Under the pieces are notes generated by a model, which was not told the origin of the DNA, did no database searches, and saw only the letters and a list, made by a program, of their open reading frames with translations. Source: a virus. From it: a stretch of 64,000 nt of DNA. Positions 56,743-64,000 of this stretch are shown piece after piece. Location of the stretch: IMG/VR virus record IMGVR_UViG_3300045522_000058. One strand, written 5' to 3'. The first letter of the stretch is position 1, and the number at the start of each line of letters is the position of its first letter. The position numbers were made by a program, and so were the translations under genes.

Positions 56743-57246
56743 TTAGATTAGGTCGCGGTCGAGTAAAGCCAGACGGGTCATAGCCAGTTGCCTGCGGACT
56801 TCCGCCTTGTGCATATCAGTCTCGAACCATTCCTTCACTGGATAGTAGCGGCCCTCATGGTAGATGTGGACAGGAGGGCGTCCAAATTTGGTGCCGTAGG
56901 CATCCACGTACTCTGTCAGCAATCGCTCCATAGTGGCGAGTTGTTCCTCGGAGAAGACGATATCGTCGGTCTCAGGTAGCTCGCTTTCTTTCGCGCAGTT
57001 ACTCACGCCTGCAACCATCATCCAGAACTCTGCTGCATATCCTTTGAGAGATACTCGATGGTTGCAGCATTCCTCGCATGCCAGGTGAGACATGGCTCTC
57101 CCAAGTGGGTCCTGAATGAAGTGGCGGCGATGATGTTCGGGATCATCAAAATCCATTTTGAAGGTGTTCCCGCAGCTCCAGCACTGATGATGCTTTTGTT
57201 TGCTATGGTCAAAATATTTTCTTATTTGTGTAATGAGGTTGATCAT
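56743..57246 (-). CDS. Hypothetical protein with CxxC pairs
   Basis: CWSC and CEEC motifs. Confidence 0.6.
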   Translation of the reverse strand: MINLITQIRKYFDHSKQKHHQCWSCGNTFKMDFDDPEHHRRHFIQDPLGRAMSHLACEECCNHRVSLKGYAAEFWMMVAGVSNCAKESELPETDDIVFSEEQLATMERLLTEYVDAYGTKFGRPPVHIYHEGRYYPVKEWFETDMHKAEVRRQLAMTRLALLDRDLI

Positions 57247-57299
57247 TAGTTCGCTCTTACGGTTTATTAAGGCGCAGTCGTCTGGTCGAAGTAATCTTG

Positions 57300-57740
57300 T
57301 TAATGGATGTGTTGATTATGTTTAATTCCGTTGATATTTTTTGCTAATCGAAATTGCAAATAAAAATCATTTGAAAGTTCGGTTGCGAAAGTAAATAGTT
57401 TATCACACTGTTCAAGAGTAATATTATATTTTTGGGTGCTTTCATTCGTAAGCGCATTCGTTGTCATGCTGAGTAATTTTCCAATATAGAAAATGCTTGC
57501 GTGTATACTGGCGATATAGAGTTCTTCTTGTTCTTCCGCGTTTCCTTTCATGACAGGTAGAAGGTCAGTCCACTCAAAGCCGTTTTGCATGAAGCGGTCA
57601 TATATATGTAACATTTCGACAACTGCGTCCTTAGACACGCGGTTTGTTAGATCGCACTGAAGTGCTTCCAATTCTGCTCGGAATTCTATGCTTGTCATTG
57701 CGATTGCGTTCGACACTGATTTTTCTTCTTTATCGTGCAT
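57300..57740 (-). CDS. Hypothetical protein
   Basis: 146-aa ORF. Confidence 0.55.
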   Translation of the reverse strand: MHDKEEKSVSNAIAMTSIEFRAELEALQCDLTNRVSKDAVVEMLHIYDRFMQNGFEWTDLLPVMKGNAEEQEELYIASIHASIFYIGKLLSMTTNALTNESTQKYNITLEQCDKLFTFATELSNDFYLQFRLAKNINGIKHNQHIH

Positions 57741-57889
57741 AATATTTTTCTTTTGGCTTGAATGTAAATTATTTCAAATAATAGCAGGCAAATTTTTCGT
57801 ATTGCAAACGAAATGCGTATTTAAATATCTTGCCAAATCCACATAATTGCGACCATCATAAATAAATTAAAAATTATCGCGATTGATTT

Positions 57890-59395
57890 ATGAAAGAGAT
57901 ATTTATGACTGACCTGATTGAAAATCTGCCAGTAACAGAAACGTCTGGTGTCAATGTCGATGCCAAACCGCAGGATGACGTGCGCGTTAATGCCAAGAAG
58001 GCTGAAGAGGTTTTGGATATATACCATGATCGCCAGGTAAAGCCTGCCATTGGCATTAGTGATGACGAACGCGCCATTCTAGAAAATTGGCTCGGGAAGG
58101 CTTTCACAGCTCGTTTAAGAGATGCAGACGCAGGTGTCATATATCGTGCAGCAACCAATCTTCCTCGTCCTGCTCCAGCAGATAGCTTTGTATGGAACGT
58201 GATTACCGATCCTGCGAGCGTGCGTTCTACTCTACAGGCAATTGAAAACATTAAGGCATTCAGCAATAAGACCATTGAAATTGCGGAAAAAATTGGTGCC
58301 AATAATCATTTTAGAGAAGCCATCGAAAAGTTTGATGCTGCGAGAACAGCTCCATTGAAGGATCTTGTAAACAAGCTTAATGACAATGTCGCAGGACTGC
58401 GTAATTTCGTAGATCGTGTACAGTATCTTCGAGATCGAACTCAATCTGTCTTTAAAATAGATGATCTTTCTGTAGAGGCTATGTTGACTATTTTTGCTGC
58501 CTCGCATTCCATCGTTGCATCAGAAGAATTCATCAGCGACAGCATTACGATTTCTAAGTTTCCGCAAGGAGATATCCTTGACAAGCTTGAAGTCTTAAGG
58601 GGTCGAGTTGTCTCGGCTTCAAACGAAGTTAAACGCATTTGTGGCGTAGCTCCGGTTTTGTTCACCGAAAGTGCTTTAGCTGGTGTTCTTCGATCTGTGC
58701 AACATATGCGTCCGAATGATTTTGTACATGTGATCGAAGCTTTGGGTGGCGTGCTGGAAGGCGAAGAGAATATCGAAAACGCGATCAAAGCGTTCGTCTC
58801 ATACATGGAAGCGTATCAGGAGATGAAGCGAGAGGTCGTATCGTGGGGGTATGGAGCGGAGGAGATTCCTGCACTGATTTCATATGCGCTTATCCAGAGG
58901 CATTTGCTTACAGCTGCAATCGAGCTTGAAATCGACTTCTCACGCGTCGAGATTTTCCTGCGCTTGGAACAACCAGAACAGGACACTGATGAAGCACGTT
59001 TTGAGTTCAAACAGCATGTTATGCAGTTCTTCCGCGAAATGGCCAAGGACGGCGTCTCTGGTCGATTGATTGCTGTTTGCGAAGATAAGCAGGTCATGCT
59101 TTCAAAGGTGTATGAGAAGGTGTATCACGCTGCCGTTGAACGCGACTATTTCCTGCAGGTCGGGAAGCGTATCATTGACGTATATCATGACGTCACGATT
59201 GGCGACGTTGTCGAAGTCATCTCTCAGGAAGCTGACCTGCGCAAAGCAAAAGAAGTAATCAATGGAATTGGTGTAGAGACTCAGGATGATTTGTCGGCAC
59301 TGGAAGCACATGTGGAATGGGCAATTGCTGCGAATTCATTGCCTTTGCCTTTTGAAGCTATCGCAAATCTGATTGATCGTCGTGGAGTGCTTTAA
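57890..59395 (+). CDS. Hypothetical helical protein
   Basis: 501-aa ORF with a terminator-like hairpin downstream. Confidence 0.75.
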   Translation: MKEIFMTDLIENLPVTETSGVNVDAKPQDDVRVNAKKAEEVLDIYHDRQVKPAIGISDDERAILENWLGKAFTARLRDADAGVIYRAATNLPRPAPADSFVWNVITDPASVRSTLQAIENIKAFSNKTIEIAEKIGANNHFREAIEKFDAARTAPLKDLVNKLNDNVAGLRNFVDRVQYLRDRTQSVFKIDDLSVEAMLTIFAASHSIVASEEFISDSITISKFPQGDILDKLEVLRGRVVSASNEVKRICGVAPVLFTESALAGVLRSVQHMRPNDFVHVIEALGGVLEGEENIENAIKAFVSYMEAYQEMKREVVSWGYGAEEIPALISYALIQRHLLTAAIELEIDFSRVEIFLRLEQPEQDTDEARFEFKQHVMQFFREMAKDGVSGRLIAVCEDKQVMLSKVYEKVYHAAVERDYFLQVGKRIIDVYHDVTIGDVVEVISQEADLRKAKEVINGIGVETQDDLSALEAHVEWAIAANSLPLPFEAIANLIDRRGVL

Positions 59396-59528
59396 TTACG
59401 AGAATTTACACAGTGTAAGTTTATTGAAGGCGGCATTGTGTCCGCCATTTCTTTTGTTTGTATTAATTTGGTTGTTTGTAGCTTTCCCGAAAATTAGTGA
59501 CGATATGCACAATGAAAGTGAGGTCAAA

Positions 59529-60029
59529 ATGATAACTGGAGAAAAACTCAAACAGGAAGCTAAAGACATCCTTCCTATAGCCTTGGAAGAGGCAAAGCTC
59601 GCGTGGTATCAGGACGGAAATTATGACGATGTTTGGCTGAAAAGTGCTGAGGAGAATTCATATAATTTAATTTATCACATAGACGCCCCTACGCCGCCAA
59701 GCCCTCAGTACACAAGGATGGCAGAACTCGCAGCCGAACTGATATACATGAGCTGGCATCATGAAGACGAGCTTTCAAATTCGTTGGAAGTTTTGAAAAG
59801 AGATCCTTCTGATCGAATATCAATTCGCGACATCAAGGGCTTTTCGCGCATTCATGATTTTTATCGGGCGGTGTGTGATGATCACGAATATTCGCTGGAT
59901 ACATCGGGGAATGGACCAGTCATCACGATTTGCGATGAAAATATTTTTACAATCACTCCAAACAGCTTGATTGAAGCGTTGCAAAACCATCGCGAAGTCT
60001 TGGAAAACACATCCACGCCAAAGATCTAG
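59529..60029 (+). CDS. Hypothetical protein
   Basis: GAGGT RBS before MITGEK; ends STPKI. Confidence 0.65.
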   Translation: MITGEKLKQEAKDILPIALEEAKLAWYQDGNYDDVWLKSAEENSYNLIYHIDAPTPPSPQYTRMAELAAELIYMSWHHEDELSNSLEVLKRDPSDRISIRDIKGFSRIHDFYRAVCDDHEYSLDTSGNGPVITICDENIFTITPNSLIEALQNHREVLENTSTPKI

Positions 60030-60031
60030 GC

Positions 60032-60469
60032 TTATGGACGCGGCCTCATTAAAATCAATTTGTTAAGGGATGGGCCGCAAAATAAAAGTCGGCGACGGAA
60101 TGCTGATGGTGTTTCAGTGATAATATGTTCGCGACTGTGTGGGCCGCCAAAAAAGATTGGTTCTTTTAAAAAATATATGTCTTCTTCAGTCCATTCGGGA
60201 GGCTGTAATCCAGCTAACAGTGCGAGGTTTTCAGCTAATCCAGCAAGATGAACCATTTGCATTTTATTATCGAGATGGGCGGGTGCATCTTCAATATAGG
60301 TGCGAGGTATTTGATAAAAACCGTAACGTGTATCGGGAGCTTCGGCTACTAATATCACTTCGTCTAAGAATTCTTTCATCGAAGAGGCATAATTTCGCCC
60401 TGCGAGGGCTTCAAGAGAGACTTCTCGCAGCGAACGTGGACGTTTCGTGAATTTCTTTTCGATCAACAT
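60032..60469 (-). CDS. Putative partner (antitoxin-like) of the adjacent nucleotidyltransferase
   Basis: LAGLAE.LA...GL.PPEW......L.EPIF...ETPSAFRRR.LF, a pattern typical of genes next to DUF6036 NTases. Confidence 0.6.
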   Translation of the reverse strand: MLIEKKFTKRPRSLREVSLEALAGRNYASSMKEFLDEVILVAEAPDTRYGFYQIPRTYIEDAPAHLDNKMQMVHLAGLAENLALLAGLQPPEWTEEDIYFLKEPIFFGGPHSREHIITETPSAFRRRLLFCGPSLNKLILMRPRP

Positions 60470-60515
60470 TTTTTTAAATTAATTTTGCCGAGATAATTTG
60501 TCAACATTAATTGGG

Positions 60516-61112
60516 TCACCATCCTAGCGCACGAGTGTATTCTTGCCCCAATTCTTTGGCTCTAAAAAGATCAGCGAGTAACAGGGCCTGCCGCGTTGAC
60601 AGTTTCTTATTGGGATAAAATCGAGATAAAAATTTGCAGGCTTCTTCAGTGGTGGACACCCCGCAACGATCAACAAGATCCCATATGTCGCGCAGATCGT
60701 TAGATTCCAAAGAGGAGCGCATAGACATGATTTTCATAGCAAGAAGGTACTCTGCGGATGCTCTGAAAACGCGTAATCCTGGCTTTTCGGGTGGAAAATC
60801 ACCAACGAGGCGATAGTCTGGTTCGTCAGAAACGAATATCTCGACCGCATTATTCAACCATTCAGGTTCGAGGCCATAACGATCCCCAACTTCATTGGCG
60901 ACCTTGGGAAGTATGGATACCTGTCCAGACAAACCTACATAGTCTATGTCTTTTGTTGGATTGCGAGTTTCGGTTTCGAGTAGCATTGCAGAGCCTCCGA
61001 AGATTGCGATCTCGGCAATAGCACCATCTTCGGCGAGTTTTTCACCGATTTCGAACAGCAGTTTGCGCAGCTCTAGTGCGTCTAATTCTTTGGTTTTTCC
61101 TTCTGAATTCAT
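60516..61112 (-). CDS. DUF6036-like nucleotidyltransferase (type IV TA-like toxin)
   Basis: IFGGSAML...R.PTKDID, WLN, EYLLAMK and D..DI. Confidence 0.75.
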   Translation of the reverse strand: MNSEGKTKELDALELRKLLFEIGEKLAEDGAIAEIAIFGGSAMLLETETRNPTKDIDYVGLSGQVSILPKVANEVGDRYGLEPEWLNNAVEIFVSDEPDYRLVGDFPPEKPGLRVFRASAEYLLAMKIMSMRSSLESNDLRDIWDLVDRCGVSTTEEACKFLSRFYPNKKLSTRQALLLADLFRAKELGQEYTRALGW

Positions 61113-61297
61113 AGCAAAGCCTCTTAATGAATCTGGACAGAATACCGCTGCGATTTGAAAGATTTCATTTTATATCGGCCAACCTTATTTACGTGAAAAT
61201 AACGTCTTTTATTCATGGTGATGTCCTGTCGCGGATAATTAATTATGCCATCACGACATGAAAGGCACAGCCTTTTTAAAATTAAACAAAATATCTA

Positions 61298-61326
61298 TTG
61301 ATACGTGTTTGTGTTTTCCCATATAA
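61298..61326 (+). promoter_or_regulatory. Sigma32 (RpoH)-like promoter for dnaK
   Basis: TTGATA-N14-CCCATATA resembles CTTGAA-N13-17-CCCCATNT. Confidence 0.5.
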
Positions 61327-61357
61327 GAATCATCCATTTAATTATAGGAGATTTTTA

Positions 61358-63241
61358 ATGGCGAAAATTATCGGCATCGATCTAGGCACGACGAACTCTT
61401 GTGTTGCCGTCATGGACGGATCTACCGCAAAGATTATCGAAAACGAAATGGGGGCAAGAACGACTCCATCTGTTGTCGGATTTTCAGAAAGCGGAGAACA
61501 ATTGGTTGGTCAACCAGCTCGTGCACAGTCAGTCATGAATCCAACAGGCACAATCTTCGCGGTCAAGCGTCTTATCGGTCGTCGTTTTGAGGATTCGCTG
61601 AATAACCTTCCCTACTCCGTTGTCGCTGGTCCGAACGGCGATGCTTGGGTTGAGGTCGATGGCAAAAAGCTTTCTCCATCAGAAGTTTCCGCAATTACTT
61701 TGCGAAAGTTGAAGGAAACGGCTGAAGCTTATTTAGGCGAAAGTGTTGATCAGGCGGTTATCACCGTCCCTGCGTACTTCAATGACGCCCAACGACAAGC
61801 CACCAAGGATGCGGGCAAGATCGCTGGTCTCGAAGTTCTTCGTATCGTGAATGAACCGACTGCCGCTGCACTGGCTTACGGTCTCGACAAGAGTGATGGC
61901 AAGACAATTGCTGTTTACGATCTTGGCGGCGGTACTTTCGACGTCTCTATTCTCGAAATTGGTGATGGCATCTTCGAGGTGAAGGCGACCAATGGAGATA
62001 CGGCGCTCGGAGGGGAAGACTTCGACATGACGCTGGTCGACTACCTGGCCGACGAATTTAAGAAGGAACAGGGTATCGATTTGCGCGGGGACAAGATGGC
62101 TCTCCAGCGTTTGAAGGAAGCTGCTGAAAAGGCTAAGATTGAACTATCTTCAACTCATCAGACTGAAGTCAATCTGCCATTCATCACTGCAGATGCTTCT
62201 GGTCCTAAACATCTTGCGATCAAGCTTTCTCGCTCGAAGCTGGAGTCTCTTGTCGATAACTTGGTTAAGCGCACTATTGCACCCTGTCAGAAGGCTCTTA
62301 AGGACGCTGGTCTCGTTGCTGCCGAGATTGATGAAGTCGTGCTGGTCGGTGGTATGACCCGCATGCCAAAGATTCAGGAAGTTGTTACGAATTTCTTCGG
62401 CAAGGAACCGCATAAAGGCGTTAATCCCGACGAAGTCGTCGCCATGGGAGCGGCAATTCAGGGTGGTGTCCTGAAGGGAGACGTCAAGGACGTCCTGCTC
62501 CTCGACGTGACTCCGCTGTCGCTGGGAATCGAAACGCTTGGTGGCGTATTCACTCGTCTGATTGAGCGTAACACGACTATTCCGACGAAGAAGTCACAGA
62601 CTTTCTCTACCGCAGAAGACAATCAGTCGGCCGTGACGATCAGGGTGTCGCAGGGGGAGCGTGAGATGGCAGCTGACAACAAGTTGCTCGCTCAGTTTGA
62701 CTTGGTTGGCATCCCTCCGGCACCACGAGGAGTTCCACAGGTCGAAGTCATTTTTGACATTGATGCTAATGGTATTGTCAGTGTTACGGCGAAGGATAAG
62801 GGTACGGGTAAGGAACATCAGGTTCGTATCCAGTCGTCAGGCGGCCTCTCTGATGCAGACATCGAGAAGATGGTGCGCGATGCCGAGGTCAATGCTGATG
62901 CCGACAAGAAGCGTCGTTCGCTGGTCGAGGCTAAGAACAAGGCTGAAGGCGAAATCAATTCTGCACAGACTGCCCTCAAGGACTATGGCGATAAGCTTCC
63001 TGAAGCTACTCGCTCGGAGATCGAAGGGGCTATTACGACACTGAAGTCGGCCGTAGAGGGTGAAAATCTCGAAAAGATCGAGGAATCGTCTAAGGACCTG
63101 TTGCAGAAGATGATGAAGATGGGTGAGGCCGTCTATTCTAGTGCTACGGGTCACGACGCAGATGCTGGTAACGACACGAGGACTTCTGCATCAGGTGACG
63201 ATGTGGTCGATGCCGAATACGAGGAAGTCGGCGGGAAATAG
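61358..63241 (+). CDS. dnaK: Chaperone DnaK (Hsp70)
   Basis: AGGAG RBS; [29 protein letters not shown] and VVDAEYEEV. Confidence 0.98.
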   Translation: MAKIIGIDLGTTNSCVAVMDGSTAKIIENEMGARTTPSVVGFSESGEQLVGQPARAQSVMNPTGTIFAVKRLIGRRFEDSLNNLPYSVVAGPNGDAWVEVDGKKLSPSEVSAITLRKLKETAEAYLGESVDQAVITVPAYFNDAQRQATKDAGKIAGLEVLRIVNEPTAAALAYGLDKSDGKTIAVYDLGGGTFDVSILEIGDGIFEVKATNGDTALGGEDFDMTLVDYLADEFKKEQGIDLRGDKMALQRLKEAAEKAKIELSSTHQTEVNLPFITADASGPKHLAIKLSRSKLESLVDNLVKRTIAPCQKALKDAGLVAAEIDEVVLVGGMTRMPKIQEVVTNFFGKEPHKGVNPDEVVAMGAAIQGGVLKGDVKDVLLLDVTPLSLGIETLGGVFTRLIERNTTIPTKKSQTFSTAEDNQSAVTIRVSQGEREMAADNKLLAQFDLVGIPPAPRGVPQVEVIFDIDANGIVSVTAKDKGTGKEHQVRIQSSGGLSDADIEKMVRDAEVNADADKKRRSLVEAKNKAEGEINSAQTALKDYGDKLPEATRSEIEGAITTLKSAVEGENLEKIEESSKDLLQKMMKMGEAVYSSATGHDADAGNDTRTSASGDDVVDAEYEEVGGK

Positions 63242-63259
63242 TCCTAAATAAGAATAGCA

Positions 63260-63296
63260 AATAGGGCGGAAAATTATTCAAGGTTCCCGCCCTATT
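63260..63296. terminator. Bidirectional terminator-like hairpin
   Basis: AATAGGGCGG / CCGCCCTATT stem between convergent genes. Confidence 0.6.
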
Positions 63297-63585
63297 TCAG
63301 ACCAACAGTCTCATGGAAGCGAACGGCACGGCCAATTCTCTCCTTGATAAGGGCGGCGAGCTTCCAAGCCTTGAAGTCACCGTACTTCATCAATTGTTCA
63401 GCAATGATGTCCATTACTGCATCAGTAGACTGTGCGTTGATATTCCAAAGACATTTGGCCCCGTATTCTTCAATTGCTCTCGCGTAAAGACCATCGTACG
63501 CGTTCGCAACTTCTGGACTGCTTAGGGAGTCGAGTTTATTTCGGCGCATTATGTCTATTCTATTTCTAAGAGCGGCGTTATTCAT
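63292..63585 (-). CDS. Small hypothetical protein downstream of the AbiEii-like gene
   Basis: AGGA RBS before MNNAAL; RAIEEYGAKCLWN. Confidence 0.55.
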   Translation of the reverse strand: MNNAALRNRIDIMRRNKLDSLSSPEVANAYDGLYARAIEEYGAKCLWNINAQSTDAVMDIIAEQLMKYGDFKAWKLAALIKERIGRAVRFHETVGLK

Positions 63586-63647
63586 AAATATGCCATTCCT
63601 TAATTGTTGTGACGATAATATATGGTAAGTTGGATTGAAACTCGATA

Positions 63648-64000
63648 TCACAGACGTAGCGCTGGACCTGACCATCCCGCCTCTGGCGACCATATCGTTC
63701 CTGGTCGATCACCTGAACGGGCATTCTCAATGAGCGGTCCAAGGAAATCATTGAGGGTGCCTACAACTTCGTCGAAAGGATAATTCGGCTTTCCGGGCAA
63801 CTTGCTCAGAAATTGTTTCCATTTAGACGTGTTTTCGGCAATAAAGTTGTCAGACAGGCCGTCAAAAGTCTCTGGTATAGGACGCTCTTGGTATTGAAAG
63901 GTCGTTTCAATAGCATTGGAAATGGTATCGCCATCGAACTCTTGCAATTTTGTCATCATCCAGATGTCATAATAGTCTTTAAGGCGGGTGTTTTCGTCGC
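63648..64000 (-). CDS. AbiEii-family nucleotidyltransferase toxin, C-terminal part (cut by the window edge)
   Basis: Frame open from the edge: ENTRLKDYYDIWMM...AIETTF..QE...W..FL...LNDFLGP...W.P..GW. Confidence 0.75.
   Translation of the reverse strand, partial: DENTRLKDYYDIWMMTKLQEFDGDTISNAIETTFQYQERPIPETFDGLSDNFIAENTSKWKQFLSKLPGKPNYPFDEVVGTLNDFLGPLIENARSGDRPGTIWSPEAGWSGPALRL

Noticed and set aside
13888-61357. Long N-terminal extensions in the ORF track (13888, 38571, 49609, 51218, 59373, 61298)
   Set aside because: Downstream ATGs have clear RBS motifs, and the extensions run through promoter, terminator or upstream coding sequence.
1-64000. Firm classification as a phage
   Set aside because: Some genes are phage-like, but no capsid, terminase, tail or polymerase gene is present and strands alternate often. 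Plasmid versus phage cannot be settled from this window.

Overview
This window looks like the accessory region of a very large alphaproteobacterial mobile replicon, probably Rhizobiaceae-associated. A megaplasmid is more likely than a jumbo phage: gene orientation is mixed and no virion, replication or conjugation genes occur here. The host assignment is inferred from the DnaK, L,D-transpeptidase and YgiC sequences and from promoter style. It holds about 70 mostly stand-alone CDS. Recognisable products are a glutamine-dependent NAD+ synthetase, a deoxynucleoside kinase, an HD (Mesh1/SpoT-like) hydrolase, a metallophosphoesterase, NADAR, about seven ADP-ribosyltransferase-fold proteins, a short ThrRS, YgiB/YgiC, a radical SAM enzyme, Ro60/TROVE, a PcfJ-domain protein, a GHKL ATPase, an N-deoxyribosyltransferase-like protein, two nucleotidyltransferase toxin modules and DnaK. 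The main signals read directly from the DNA are: (1) a duplicated cassette of palindromic operator, promoter, ~65-nt mini Y RNA and circularly permuted tRNA-like YrlA RNA upstream of Ro60 and a tandem-HTH gene; (2) a Thr4 leader-peptide attenuator in front of an editing-less thrS; (3) a radical SAM gene coupled to two paralogs sharing an N-terminal IRxSVFETNSSSSH motif; (4) three ART-fold genes divergent from NADAR; (5) a 1.76-kb transposase-less cassette with 25-bp inverted ends and an 8-bp target duplication; (6) recurrent short C-terminal tails on unrelated proteins. No CRISPR array, rRNA or canonical tRNA gene was seen. All family calls come from motif recognition by eye, not from database searches.
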